Shown here in pieces: positions 23,499-37,719 of a stretch of DNA of 64,000 bases (the first letter of the stretch is position 1; every line of letters starts with the position of its first letter). Under the pieces are notes generated by a model that searched no databases, was not told the origin of the DNA, and was given only the letters and a program-made list of their open reading frames with translations. Source of the stretch: Octopus vulgaris (taxonomy: Eukaryota). Location of the stretch: contig OX597819.1 in the NCBI GenBank assembly GCA_951406725.2, positions 13,516,001-13,580,000 on the forward strand, given 5' to 3'. A program made the translations under genes and the position numbers.

Positions 23499-26029
23499 GT
23501 AAGATCAGCTGCTTAAGGTTTATTGTTGTTGTTATGTAGCTCCATCTCTGCTCTTATTGAGCTGTTATTCTTAAGACAACACAGTAAAATTTGAAGGGAA
23601 TTTGGCTGCCACTTCTAGCAAGTCAAGCAATTGTGTGAAGGCTTCTTTACTGGGTATGTTTGGCAGGGTGTGTCATCTGCTAGTGTCAGCCATCAATCAA
23701 GTGAATAATCTGTTTGACTCTGAGTGATACCATGATGAGAGGGACAACATCTTAGACGTTTGTTTAAAATTTAATATTTCTGTTTAGTTTTACTGCTGAG
23801 GGTATGTGATTAGAATAGTGTTTTCATAGGTGCAGCTATGACTGTGGGGTTTCGAAAGTTGCTTCCCAACCACATGGTTCGGGGTTCAGTCTCACTGCGT
23901 GGCACCTTGGGCAAGTGCCTTCTACTATAGCCTTGGGCCGACCAAAGCCTTGTGAGTGGATTTGGTAGACGGAAACAGAAAGAAGGCTGTTGTGTGTGTG
24001 TGTGTTTGTATATCTATATTTGTGTATTTGTGTGTACCCTTGTCTTCACATTGCATAATGGTTGTAAACACACATGACTGACTTAGAAGAAATGTTGTTT
24101 ATTTCCAATCCCCCATGAAAGTATGTCTAGTCATGGAAAAATATGTGAAGGTTGGTGACAGGGAGGGCAGCCAGCTGTAGAAAATCTGCCTCAGAGAATT
24201 CTGTCTGAGCTATGCCAGCAAGGAAAAGCGGATGTTAAATGATGATGATGATAGGGTATTAAGAAACAATCAAGAAGACTTGTCCGAGTATGTCTGACTG
24301 ACAATGGATTCAATGTCTACTTAGTTGTTTATATATCTACACACACACACAAATATATATGTTGTGACTGATGCTGGTTTCACACAACTGGCACCTGTAC
24401 TGGTGGCATGTAAAAAAGAACCGATTACACTCTTGGAATGGTTGATGTTAGGAAGGGCATCCAGTTGTGGAAACCTTACCATATCAGGCTGGAGCTTGGT
24501 GCAGCTCTCTGGCTTACCAGCTCCAGTGAAACCGTCCAACCCATGCCAGCATGGAAAGTAGAGGCTAAATGATGATGATAATATTTCTTGCCAGTATCTT
24601 GTCATTCCTGCCTCTCTGTCATTTATGGTGCCATGTTTTACCAATTCTTATTTGGTCTCCAAATATTGTGCTGCAAATTGCTCATAGTGAAAGGAATCTA
24701 GGATTTCTATCTCCCTTCCATCTTATTTCCATTAATGAGCAAATCAAAATGCTTCAAAAGATGCGAGTCCAATGCTAACTTGTGAATGTTTATATTTAAG
24801 CTGTTTGATGTTGCAGTCAGTTATGAAAGTATTTAGTTCAGCAATACACATCCCTAGTGGCATAAAAACCTGATCATACTTGAGAAACAGTGGTTTATTT
24901 GTCAACAAGGAAACCTCTACGTGTTTTCCTTGAAAAAGCAACCAATTCTTAGAAGAACATTGGATAATGTAGTTCTTGATACACTATGCTAGGATAATCA
25001 TAACTGGAATGGCTTTGATCAAAAGTTTGTTCCTTCAGTTAGGACAAACCAGGGGCTAAACAACACCAGCTGGATGGTCCACTGAAGTAGAAATTCCTTT
25101 TTTTCATGTTCTTTTTCTGTCTTGCAAGTTACATGGCAACCTCACTAGTGTTGGCAGCATGAAAAAAGTATCCAGTACATTCTGTAATGTGATTAGCATT
25201 AGGAAGGACATCAAGCCATAGGAACCCTACCAAAGATGACATTGGAGCCTGACGCAGCCCTGCAGCTTGTTGGTTCTCTGTCAAAACCATCGTGACCTAT
25301 GCCAGCATGGAAGGCAGACATTAAATGATGACGATGAAGGACAATGTTAGAATGTGAAAATGATAAACTCTTGATGTTTTAATATACTGAAAACTACTTT
25401 TGTGTTAGCAATAATAAATCTCTGAACGCAGTGACGGAAGTCACTAGAAAAACCTATAAGTATTTGCAAACAGGTCTTCCTTTCGTCGTAAACCGGTGAT
25501 TACCGTACGTTGACAAGAGGCAAATTACCTCGAAACTGCAGTCCGTGCGTATCGCTTAGGTCTACGAGAGAGGGATGACCTCCCTTTGCAAATACCATAA
25601 GGGCACAGAAAGTGTGCCTAAAGCCAGCTGGAGACGATGATCTCCTGGGGCTAAAAGCTACAGTAACACCCACCCTTAGTGGTTAGCCATAGTGATATGG
25701 CTAGTATACTTTACTTTTATGTTAGGTTTGTTAAATTATGTGGTTCTTGGCTGAGAATATCTTCAATTACAGCATCATCATCATCTAATACTCCTTTTTC
25801 CATGCTGGTCTGCTTTCTCGTAAACATTTTTGTTCAGTCTTCCACTTGGTCTATTACTTCTGTCTTAATGAGAATTATTATTATCGTTTACTTCCAAAAT
25901 AATGATTCTTATAACAGCCAGGTTCAACTTTTATCCAGTAACAAGTCCTCACCTCTGGAGTAGAAAATCATCTTCCTTTTTTATAATTATTTTCATGATT
26001 TCTAAAAAGAATTTATTTTCTTTATTCAG

Positions 26030-26149
26030 ATGCTAAAAGATCCTTCTCGAGAAAAATTACTGCCTGATCCTTTGCAATATCCCTATGCTCAGCCACCTTA
26101 TACTTTAGTTTTAGAAATGACTGGTGTCCTGGTACACCCTGACTGGACG
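26030..26149 (+). CDS. TIMM50: Tim50 coding exon 5 (start of FCP1/NIF-like domain)
   Basis: [40 protein letters not shown], with the diagnostic [17 protein letters not shown] motif. cag/GTAAGT boundaries. Confidence 0.97.
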
Positions 26150-26387
26150 GTAAGTATTGTTTTTATTATTACATGTTGTTCATTGTTGTAACAAAGAAAC
26201 TGGTGTTAAAATAGATCAATCTACTTTACTATTTTAAAGTTTGCATTTCATTGAGGGCTTACTGTGCGTTTCAGCCCTTCACGGTTGATTAAATAGATAC
26301 CAGTTATAGACTTGATGATAAAATAATCACAAATACCCCTTCTCATATTCAAATTTATTAGAGTATAAGACAAGTTGACAGTATGTA

Positions 26388-27085
26388 TTCTGTTGCTAAC
26401 ACCTCATTGTGCCTGTTGCTAACACCTCATTGTGCCTGTTGCTAACATTGCATGTTTCTGTTGCAAATGCTGCAGAGTGCCTGTTGCTAACACTGAGCAG
26501 TGCTTGTTGTTAATGCTGAATAGTGCCTGCTGTTAATGCCAAGTAGTGTTTGTTGCTATTGATAAGCAGCGCTTGCTGCTAACATGGGGCACTGCACTGC
26601 CTGCTGCTAATGCCAGGAAGTGCCTGTTGCTAGAGCCAACCGGTACCTGTTGCTAACGCCGGACAGTACCTGTTGCAATGCTGGATCAGGCCTGTTGTTA
26701 GCACTGGACAAGCCTGTTGCTAACACCAGGAAGACCTGTTGCTAATGCCAGGCAGCACCTGTTGCTAACACCAAATACTACCTGTTGCTGACACTGCACA
26801 ATGCCTGTTTCTAACCATGCACAGTGCCTGTTGCTGACACTATATTGTACAGTATTGCATTGCTGTCACTAATGCTGCATTTCTCTGTTGCTCACACTAT
26901 ACTACTGCCTATTGCTAGCATTGCATTGTTGCATGTTGCTAATTCTGCTCCACCCCACCTCCCCTGTTGCTACCATTTTTCTGCTGCTAACACTATCATT
27001 GTCAGATGATAGCATTGTATTGTTACTAACACCACGTAATTGTCTGTTGCTAGCACTATTGCTGTCTGTTGCTAACACTGTATTG
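26388..27085. repeat. Degenerate ~24-bp minisatellite (core CCTGTTGCTAAC)
   Basis: Recurring (GTG)CCTGTTGCTAACA with divergent linkers, in TIMM50 intron 5. Confidence 0.85.
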
Positions 27086-28252
27086 TACCTGTGTTACTGA
27101 GACATTTTGCCTCTCAAATGTCCTCATCCTGTTTTTTGATAAGGGCATGTGTAGTAGATCAGTTTCCCTCTCCAGACAATGCTTGCAGGTTGTTATGGAT
27201 AAGCATAATTTTCTTTCTTTACATAAGCTAAATACGTCACCACTCAAAGAATTTCTCTCCTCACTGTAGGCAATGACGAAAGTTTCAAGAGTGCTGTTGA
27301 CCAGTGTTCTTCATTGTCAATAAACATTAGTAAGGAACGTCAGTAATTCAGAAATGCTGTCTCTATCAAAACTAAATAAGGAAAAACAAAAAAAACTAAC
27401 TGGAAATAATTATTTGGTGAAGAGAAACAGATATTGGTTAAGGACAAATTTCATAATTTTGGGACACATGGGAGATAACCTCTGACATGTTTTGGTCTTA
27501 CCACTTCATAAGCAAAGCAGTTTATATTCTACTTACTAAATAGTGATGGGGGAATCACTAAATGTTCTCTGCTTGATGTTGAAAAATAGAAGAAGCGGTT
27601 AGGGAGTAAACAGTTCAGAGTTGCCATCCCATACAGAACAGTTGTTAAATTAGTGTTAAATGCTTTCTGTGTTAATAAACTAACTAAAAGTATTAGTGTA
27701 GTAAAGAAAAAAAGACAGTTAATGTCTAATATTACTTCAATGTTATTTATTTTTCCATGAAAATCTTCTTGAGAGTATTGTGGTTAACTAAATATTCTGC
27801 ATCGAATAATCTAGATCCAGTGCAGTTAGCATGATCTCTTAATCCAGAGGACAGGCTGATGTTGTGGTAGCCTGAGGCCAGTGGTTGTTTCAAGTCTTTT
27901 GACTAACATCCCTATCGAGGCCACCCAACTAAGGTTGATCAAGCCAAGCTCTGTATCCAAGCAGCATTCTGCTGACCCCACTGATCACCATCTTTTATAC
28001 AGATGGCATTAAAAATAACATAACTAAACTTTTATGCTGTTTTATAGATTTACATTTACAAGATGAGGAGAAATATCCGTCAAATGTAAATAATGTACAT
28101 AATTCCTCATCTCTTAAATACAGAACTGTGCTTTATAGATATATCAGATTTCTAGTGCAGATGGTGACCATGAATCTCTACACGTGTTTCCCCACTTCAA
28201 CGAAACATGGAAGTAGAGTAATTCCTATACAGTTCTTACTATACAGAGTAAA

Positions 28253-28651
28253 TCTTTATATATAAAAGTGAGGTTGTGTGCTGTCTGTCTCCTACGATTT
28301 AGATTCCTAACTACTCCCACATTTTGCAGTGGAGTTTAACCAAAACCGGATATCTTATAGGCGTGAGTCATATCGAGCCCTTCTGGGTATTAGCGTGCGT
28401 CTACGATGGGTCTACGATTTAAAAAAAAAAATTACCATCAATTTTCCCCATTTTTAATGCATTTTTGGCATATATAAGGGAAGTAACTCTCTAAAAATTT
28501 ATTATTAAATCTCAGAACGTACAAAGCTACAGTAACCCCCCCCCCATTTGTGGTTAACCATATTGAGATGGCTATTATACTTTACATCTCTAAAAATGCT
28601 TATATAGTTATTTCCCTTACAAACCCGAGAAACGCCGGGCGATACTGCTAG
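28253..28651 (+). mobile_element. Non-autonomous Helitron-like element
   Basis: A|TC start, subterminal hairpin CCCGAGAAACGCCGGG, CTAG|T end, no TSD. Second copy at 42138-42534. Confidence 0.82.
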
Positions 28652-29159
28652 TGCTATATAATTGTCGCTTACAATAAAGAGTACTTCTTATACAAGCCTT
28701 ACTAACTATACTGGTACGTTGTAATATAATTCTTACTATGGAGGGTAGTTGTCGTATAATTCTCTATGTAAAAGTAATTCCATTTATATCTCATATATAT
28801 ATATTTGGATCAGGCTGCTTGTTGTGTTCTTGAGCAAGATACTTTATTTCACGTTGCTCCAGTTAACTCAGCTATAGAAATGAGTTGCAATGTCATTGGT
28901 GCCAAGCTGTATCGGCCCCTTTGCCTTTCCCTTGGATAACATCGATGGCTTGGAGAGAGGAGGCTGGTATGCATGGGCGACTGCTGGTCTTCCATAAACA
29001 ACCTTGCCCGGACTTGTACCTCGGAGGGTAACTTTGTAAGTGCAGTCCCATGGTCATTCATGACCGAAGGGGTGGGGTGGGTCTCAAGTCCAACTCAAAT
29101 GATTGCTTAGAATTTCTTTTTCCATGATGTCTTTTATTCTTGTCTTTTTATTCTTGCAG

Positions 29160-29267
29160 TATGGCACTGGCTGGAGATTTAAAAAGCGACCTGGTATAGA
29201 TTATTTATTAAAACAAGTTGGTCCGCCTTTATTTGAAATAGTAATTTATACTTCAGAACAAGGATAT
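29160..29267 (+). CDS. TIMM50: Tim50 coding exon 6
   Basis: [36 protein letters not shown] (GWRFKKRPG motif). ttgcag/GTAAGT boundaries. Confidence 0.97.
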
Positions 29268-31350
29268 GTAAGTAATACATTTAATAATTTTGGTGTTGAA
29301 GAATGTTTGAGTAATAATCTGGTAGAGAGGAATGGTCCTGTCAGTCTGTTTAATTGACAGAACAAGTGCAAAGGATTGAGAATATGTCTGGTACCAAGAG
29401 CAGTGAATGATTGGTGAATCAACAATGTATTCTGGTTGTTGTTATTGTTCAGGTCAAGTGAGTGCATAGAGGTTCCCTCATTGGTTTGAGTGTGCAGCAC
29501 GCCGGGCAAAATGCTTAGCAGTATTTCGTCTGCCGTTACGTTCTGAGTTCAAATTCCGCCGAGGTCGACTTTGCCTTTCATCCTTTCGGAGTCGACAAAT
29601 TAAGTACCAGTTACGCACTGGGGTCGATGTAATCGACTTAATACCTATGTCTGTCCTTGTTTGTCCCCTCTATGTTTAGCCCCTTGTGGGTAATAAAGAT
29701 ATAGGTTGAAGTCCAGGTCATCGTTGACTTGTGACCTATCTGACTTATGGTCGATTGATTTTACAACGATTGGTTTGCCAGCTCCTGGCAGCAATAATAA
29801 ATAGTCCAGTTGAAATCTAATGGGTTTAATTTCTTAGAAATTAACCCCGTCTACAGATGATGTCTGCTAAAAAAACTCTTCCCCTATGCTTGGTTATCGA
29901 TCGCCACTGTTTTGGGTGACTATCCTGTTGCGAACACCTTGAAGCAGCTTTATATTTGTTTATAAGATGACTGCTTGAGACCCTGTAATTTTTGACTAAC
30001 ACCTGTATAATAGTATTATACAGAATGCTGTGTGTGACTTTTACCTGAGAATGTACCTTCATCATCATCATCATCATTTAGTGTCCGTTTTCCATGCTAG
30101 CATGGGTTGGACGGTTTAACTGGGGTCTGTGAAGCCGGAAGGCTTCATCAGGCCCAGTCAGATTTGGCAGTGTTTCTACGGCTGGATGCCCTTCCTAACG
30201 CCAACCACTCCGTGAGTGTAGTGGGTGCTTTTTACGTGCCACCTGCACAGACGTGCCACCTGCACACCTTAAGAATGTAAAAAATAAAACAAAGCTATGT
30301 ATGCCTACAGGCCGACTTACGACCAGTCATTCGGAACCAATTGTGGTTGTAAGTCAATGACAACCTGTACTATGTGTAGGGAGTACTAGCTGATTAATAA
30401 CATAGATAGTATAGGCTAAGGAAGAGTCTTATTAGTCAGACCCATAGTAGTTGGGGTGTTGCACATGAAGGCATGACGACAATACATGTAGAGATATCAT
30501 CTTGATCACCTGTCTGACCCGCAGAAACATGGAAATATATCATCATCATCATCATCATCATTTAGCGTCCGCTTTCCATGCTAGCATGGGTTGGACGGTT
30601 CAACTGGAGTCTGTGAAGCCAGAAGGCTGCATCAGGTCCAGTCTGATCTGGCATTGTTTCTACGGCTGGATGCCCTTCCTAACGCCAACCACTCCGTGAG
30701 TGTAGTGGGTGCTTTTTACGTGAAAGCCAGAAAAAAAAAATACTGGTGGAGAAAGATCTGAGAATATTTAGTAGCATGAGAACTCTCTTTTACATTATTT
30801 GCCACTGGTGTGATGATGTGCTTGATTACTAAACTGATGGCTGCTTGTGAGAGTTTGTATTGTAGGCAAAGAGAATGTTAGCAACAAGTTTAGTAAGCAA
30901 TTTCTTGTGTAGGTTAAAGTGTCCGTCAGGGTTTACTTCTCACTCCTTTCCATTTTTACATAGTTCTCCTGGGCAGAACAGAGGAGCCCCAAAATTGGCT
31001 CTTCATTGGGACTGATTTATGCTAATAATCAGTTGCACACCCATGTCTGATGAAGACTAACAAGCTGAAGTTTTGAAGTAATTATGTTGATAAAGATTTC
31101 TTCTATTTAATCCTGCTATTAAATGTTGTATTGTTTTCATATATATATAACTTGACATAAGAAACAAACATCAAGATATATATATATATCGCAGGAGTGG
31201 CTGTGTGGTAAGTAGCTTGCTAACCAACCACATGGTTGCGGGTTCAGTCCCACTGCGTGGCATCTTGGGCAAGTGTCTTCTGCTATAGCCCCGGGCTGAC
31301 CAATGCCTTGTGAGTGGATTTGGTAGACGGAAACTGAAAGAAGCCTGTCG

Positions 31351-31394
<44 letters not shown>

Positions 31395-32075
31395 ATTGTG
31401 TGTGTCCCCTAGCATTGCTTGACAACCGATGCTGGTGTGTTTACGTCCCCCGTTACTTAGCAGTTCGGCAAAAGAGACCGATAGAATAAGTACTAGGCTT
31501 ACAAAGAATAAGTCCCGGGGTCGATTTGCTCGACTAAAGGCGGTGCTCCAGCATGGCCGCAGTCAAATGACTGAAACAAGTAAAAGAGTATATATATCGC
31601 AGGAGTGGCTGTGTGGTAAGTAGCTTGCTTACCAACCACATGGTTCCGGGTTCAGTCCCACTGCATGGCACCTTGGGCAAGTGTATTCTAGTATAGTCTC
31701 GGGCCAACCAAAGCTTTGTGAGTGGATTTGGTAGACTGAAACTGAAAGAAGCCTGTCGTATATATATCGTATATGTATATACCTGTGTGTGTGTCTGTGT
31801 TTGGGCCCCCCCCCCCCATCACTTGACAACTGATGCTGGAGTAGTCACGTCCCCGTAACATTAGCGGTTCGGCAAAAGAGACCGATAGAATAAGTACTAG
31901 GCTTACAAAGAATAAGCCCTGGAGTCGATTTGGTCGACTAAAGGTGGTGCTCCAGCATGGCCGCAGTCAAGTGACTGAAACAAGTAAAAGAATATATATA
32001 TAATATGTGTGTGGTAATAATTTGTTGATTCACCAGAATCGGTAAACTTAGTACATAAGCATAGAGCATTCCTGT

Positions 32076-34262
32076 ATACATTATAACTGAAAGGTTCCGT
32101 GTTGGCACCATGTAAGAAGCTCCCAGCACATTCTGTAAAGGGGTTGGTGTTACGGACAGCATCCAGTTGGTGAAACCATGCCTGGTGCAGTCTTCTTCTT
32201 CTTCGTAGCCAGCTCCTGTCAAACTGGCCAACCCACACATCATCATCATCATCATCATTTAGCGTCCGCTTTCCATGCTAGCATGGGTTGGACGGTTCAA
32301 CTGGGGTCTGTGAAGCCAGAAGGCTGCATCAGGCCCAGTCTGATCTGGCAGTGTTTCTACGGCTGGATGCCCTTCCTAACGCCAACCACTCCGTGAGTGT
32401 AGTGGGTGTTTTTTACGTGCCACCCGCACAGGTGCCAGACGGAGCTGGCCACCGGCTACGGAAGGATGGTGCTTTTTACGTGCCACTGGCACAGGTGCCA
32501 GGCGAGGCTGGCAACGGCCACGCTCGGATGGTGTTTTTTACATGCCACCAGCACGTAAAAATGCCAGCTCCTGTATAGATTATAACTGAAAGGTTCCGTG
32601 TTGGCACCATGTAAGAAGCTCCCAGCACATTCTGTAAAGGGGTTGGTGTTACGAATGGCATCCAGTTGTTGAAACCATGCCTGGTGCAGTCTTCTTCTTC
32701 TTCGTAGCTAGCTCCTGTCAAACTGTCCAACCCACACATCATCATCATCATCATCATTTAGCGTCCGCTTTCCATGCTAGCATGGGTTGGACGGTTCAAC
32801 TGGGGTCTGTGAAGCCAGAAGGCTGCATCAGGCCCAGTCTGATCTGGCAGTGTTTCTACGGCTGGATGCCCTTCCTAACGCCAACCACTCCGTGAGTGTA
32901 GTGGGTGTTTTTTACGTGCCACCCGCACAGGTGCCAGACGGAGCTGGACACCGGCTACGGAAGGATGGTGCTTTTTACGTGCCACTGGCACAGGTGCCAG
33001 ACGAGGCTGGCAACGGCCACGCTCGGATGGTGTTTTTTACATGCCACCAGCACGTAAAAATGCCAGTTCCTGTATAGATTATAACTGAAAGGTTCCGTGT
33101 TGGCACCATGTAAGAAGCTCCCAGCACATTCTGTAAAGGAGTTGGTGTTACGAATGGCATCCAGTTGTTGAAACCATGCCTGGTGCAGTCTTCTTCTTCT
33201 TCGTAGCCAGCTCCTGTCAAACTGTCCAACCCACACATTGTCATCATCATCATCATTTAGCGTCCGCTTTCCATGCTAGCATGGGTTGGACGGTTCAACT
33301 GGGGTCTGTGAAGCCAGAAGGCTGCATCAGGCCCAGTCTGATCTGGCAGTGTTTCTACGGCTGGATGCCCTTCCAAACGTCAACCACTCCACGAGTGTAG
33401 TGGGTGTTTTTTACGTGCCACCCGCATAGGTGCCAGACGGAGCTGGCCACCGGCTACGGAAGGATGGTGCTTTTTACGTGCCACTGGCACAGGTGCCAGA
33501 CGAGGCTGGCGAACGGCCACGCTCGGATGGTGTTTTTTACGTGCCACCAGCACGTAAAAATGCCAGTTCCTGTATAGATTATAACTGAAAGGTTCCGTGT
33601 TGGCACCATGTAAGAAGCTCCCAGCACATTCGCTTTTTACGTGCCACTGGCACAGGTGCCAGACGAGGCTGGCGAACGGCCACGCTCGGATGGTGTTTTT
33701 TACATGCCACCAGCACGTAAAAATGCCAGTTCCTGTATAGATTATAACTGAAAGGTTCCGTGTTGGCACCATGTAAGAAGCTCCCAGCACATTCTGTAAA
33801 GGAGTTGGTGTTACGAATGGCATCCAGTTGTTGAAACCATGCCTGGTGCAGTCTTCTTCTTCTTCGTAGCCAGCTCCTGTCAAACTGTCCAACCCACACA
33901 TTGTCATCATCATCATCATTTAGCGTCCGCTTTCCATGCTAGCATGGGTTGGACGGTTCAACTGGGGTCTGTGAAGCCAGAAGGCTGCATCAGGCCCAGT
34001 CTGATCTGGCAGTGTTTCTACGGCTGGATGCCCTTCCTAACGTCAACCACTCCGTGAGTGTAGTGGGTGTTTTTTACGTGCCACCCGCACAGGTGCCAGA
34101 CGGAGCTGGCCACCGGCCACGCTCGGATGGTGTTTTTTATGTGCCACCGACACGGGTGCCAGACGAGGCTGGCGAACGACCACGCTCGGATGGTGTTTTT
34201 TACATGCCACCAGCACGTAAAAATGCCAGCTCCTGTATAGATTATATGCCTGGTGCAGTCTT
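32076..34262. repeat. ~499-bp tandem array built from tail-to-tail RTE 3' ends
   Basis: Anchor TTATAACTGAAAGG at 32081, 32580, 33079, 33579, 33742, and a truncated anchor at 34242. Confidence 0.92.
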
Positions 34263-36244
34263 CTTCGGGTGTTTTTTACGTGCCACCCGCACAGGTGCCA
34301 GACGGAGCTGGCCACCGGCTACGGAAGGATGGTGCTTTTTACGTGCCACTGGCACGGGGTCCAGGCGAGGCTGGCAACGGCCACGAATGTATGGAGCTTA
34401 TTACGTGCCACCGGCACGGGGGCCAGGCGAGGCTGGCAACGGCCACGAACGGATGGTGCTTTTTACGTGTCACTGGCATGGAGGCTAGTCGGGGTGGTGC
34501 TGGCAATGGCCACGATCGGATGGTTCGCTTACTTGTCACCGGCACTGGTATCACAGCCGCAATTTCCATTGATGTTGATCGACTTCGATCAACACCAGCA
34601 TTGAAAACGGTTATCAAATGATGATGATGTCCCGAATTCCGTGGTGGGCTTCTTTCAGTTTCCATCTATCGAATTCACTCACAAGGTCAGCCCAGGTCTA
34701 TAGCAGAAGATGCTTGCTCCAGGTGAAGTGCAGCGTGGCTGAGCCTGAAGGCAAATTCCTTAAGCACACAGCCAGGCTTGCGATAATATATTCTGTGGTG
34801 TTTGACTGTGAAGCGTACTATTGGATGATAATGAAAGGTGGGCATTGAATAGGAAGAATGGAAAGAAATGAGATGAACCAGCAAATCTACCGGACATGTA
34901 TTGGTCATCTCATTAAGCATGGAAAAATAGCCAGCCTTGCCTGGCCTCTGTGCCGGTGACACGTAAAAAGCACCATCCGTCTGTGGCCGTTTGCCAGCTC
35001 CGTCTGGCACCTGTGCGGGTGGCACATAAAAAGCACCCACTACACTCGCGGAGTGGTTGGCGTTAGGAAGGGCATCCAGCCGTAGAAACACTGCCAGATC
35101 AGACTGGGCCTGATGCAGCCTCCTGGCTTCCCAGACCCCGGTCGAACTGTCCAACCCGTGCTAGCATGGAAAGCGGACGCTAAATGATGATAATGTGACC
35201 ACAAATCTCTTAAATTTAGCAAAATAGTTTCAAGGAATATAAGAGTTATTTCCCTTAGAACATGATTTGTACGTTTTTTCTGTTTTTTCTTTCGTGTGTG
35301 TTTGCGTGTGTGAAATGTTTCGAAAACTGACTCTATTGTATAAATATACTGATTACTACTTTGGAGATGTTTGGCAAATATATTTATCTAACCAGTTCAC
35401 CCACCTCGTCATCAGTATCGCTAGATTGGAGGGGGGGGGTTAAAAAAAAGAACTTTTTGCCCTTTAAAAGTTTCTCAGCTGAGGTCTTTGTCTTGCAAGC
35501 GACTTGCTGACTCCTGCTTGTGTCACATAAAAGGCATTTGTGCTGGTGTCACGTGAGAGTCACATTGTTGGTGCTATGTAAAAATCCGTCAGTACACTCT
35601 GTAAAGCGGTTGGCACCAGGAAGGGCACCCAGCAATAGAAACCATGCCAAAACAGACAAATGAGTCTGGTGCAGCTCTCCAACCATGCCAGCTCTTTAAA
35701 ACCATCCTATCCATACCAGCATGGAAATCGGACGTTGATGATGATCATTATCATCATCGTCGTTCAACGTCCACTTTCCATGTTGGCATTGGTTGGATGG
35801 TTTGACTGAGGACTGGCGAGCCAGAAGGCTGCACCAGGCTCCAATCTGATCTGGCAAAATTTCTCCAGCTGGATGCCACTCCGAGAGTTTAGTGGGTGCT
35901 TTTATGTGCCACTGGCATGAGGGCCAGTCAGGCGGCTCTGGCAACGACCACGCTCAAAAGGTGTTTTTTACATGTCACCTGCACGGGAGCCAGTCCGGCG
36001 GCACTGGCATTGACCACGCTTGAATGCTGTTTTTTATGTGCAGGTAAGGCAATACTGGCAACAATCACACTCGAATGGTGCTTTTTACGTGCCACCGGCA
36101 CGGGAGCCAATGAGTGCCAATCAGGAAATATGTAATATTGTATATCTTGCCTCTAACTTGTCATATGTGAATGATTTCATCTCTAAATTTATCAATATCC
36201 TTTTTTCCCATCTCTTTGAATTTTATATTTCTTGTATTTTACAG

Positions 36245-36343
36245 AATGCTGACCCTATAGTCAATAATCTAGACCCCAATGGTTTTATCATGTACCGTCT
36301 CTACAGAGATGCCACTCGTTATATGGAAGGCCATCATGTTAAG
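36245..36343 (+). CDS. TIMM50: Tim50 coding exon 7
   Basis: [33 protein letters not shown]. ttttacag/GTGAGT boundaries. Confidence 0.97.
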
Positions 36344-36851
36344 GTGAGTTTTCTCAATAACATTTGATCAACGCTTGAAGCAACCTCACAAAAATAGTTT
36401 TCATTGTATCAAAAACAGAAATTGTAGTTGTAGCCAATGCCAGTGTCGCCAGACTGGCTCCCCATGCCGGTGGCACGTAGAAAGCACCATCTGAACATGG
36501 TCGATGCCAGCCTCCTGCCCTGACTGGCTGATGTGGATTGGTTAAATTTGTTGGCAGAGTATTTTGGAATACAGCAAGTGGAGACAGTTGGTGTTTACCA
36601 TTGCGCTGTTATTAGTGCACTCTCGGAGTGGTTGGCATTAAGAAGGGTATCCAGCTGTAGAAACATTGCCAGATCAGATTGGAGCCTGGTGCACCCTACT
36701 GATTCGCCAGCCCTCAGTCAAACCGTTCAACCCATGCCAGCATGGAGAGCGGATGTTAAACGATGATGATGTTGATGATTTGATTTTGTTTAGTCTTATA
36801 TGAATCTTGGAAGACACTTGAAAATCAGTTCTAAGATCCATTTGACATTGT

Positions 36852-37157
36852 CACCGTCACCATGACCGACCAGGCTATCAGATGTTGCTACACATCGCTG
36901 GTCACAATGCGCTTCACATTGTTTTAGCCTTCAAATGACGCCAACCCGCTGGCTAAGCGAGCAGGCCGACAGAAGAAAGAGTGAGAGAAAGTTGTGACGA
37001 AAGAGTACAGCAGGGATCACCACCATCCCCTGCTGGAGCCTCATGGAGCTTTAGGTGTTTTCGCTCAATAAACACTCGCAACGCCCGGTCTGGGAATCGA
37101 AACCGCGATCCTACGACTGCGAGTCCGCTACCCTAACCACTGGGCCATTGCGCCTCC
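36852..37157 (-). mobile_element. SINE with family C head but a different 3' module
   Basis: First ~180 nt match 22843-23022; the remainder matches the isolated fragment at ~7153-7264 instead. Confidence 0.82.
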
Positions 37158-37719
37158 ATTTTGTGTAAATACGAAGTAGCTTGTGACTTACTCAGCTGTA
37201 CAGTCTGGGTCCCTAGTCATTGCAGTGCTGTGTAATCAATGACCCTTCATGTCATAGCAAGGGCTAAAAACACTTGCACTGCTTCATAAGGGTAGACCTG
37301 AAAGTAAATCACCAAATTTGGTTTAGTATTGGAGAGTATCTAATGGTCTGTAATTAAATCTTAAGCATATAGGCACAGGAGTGGCTGTGTGGTAAGAAGC
37401 TTGATTCCCAACTATGTGGTTCCAGGTTCCGTGTGGAACCAAAGCCTTGTGAGTTGATTTGGTAGATGGAAACTCAAAGAAGCCTGTCATATATATATAT
37501 ATGTATGTGTGTGTGTCTGTGTTTGTCCCTCCAACATCGCTTGGAAACCGATGCTGGTGTTTTTACATCCCTGTAACTTAGCGGTTCGGCAAAAAAGACT
37601 GATAGAATAAGTACTGGGCTTACAAAGAATAAGTCCTGGGGTTGGTTTGGTTGACTAAAGGCGGTGCTCCAGCATGGCCACAGTCAAGTGACTGAAACAA
37701 GTAAAATAGTAGTGGTCTT

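Noticed and set aside
26388-27085. CRISPR-like array
   Set aside because: Unit only ~24 nt, core degenerate, linkers related; it is a minisatellite.
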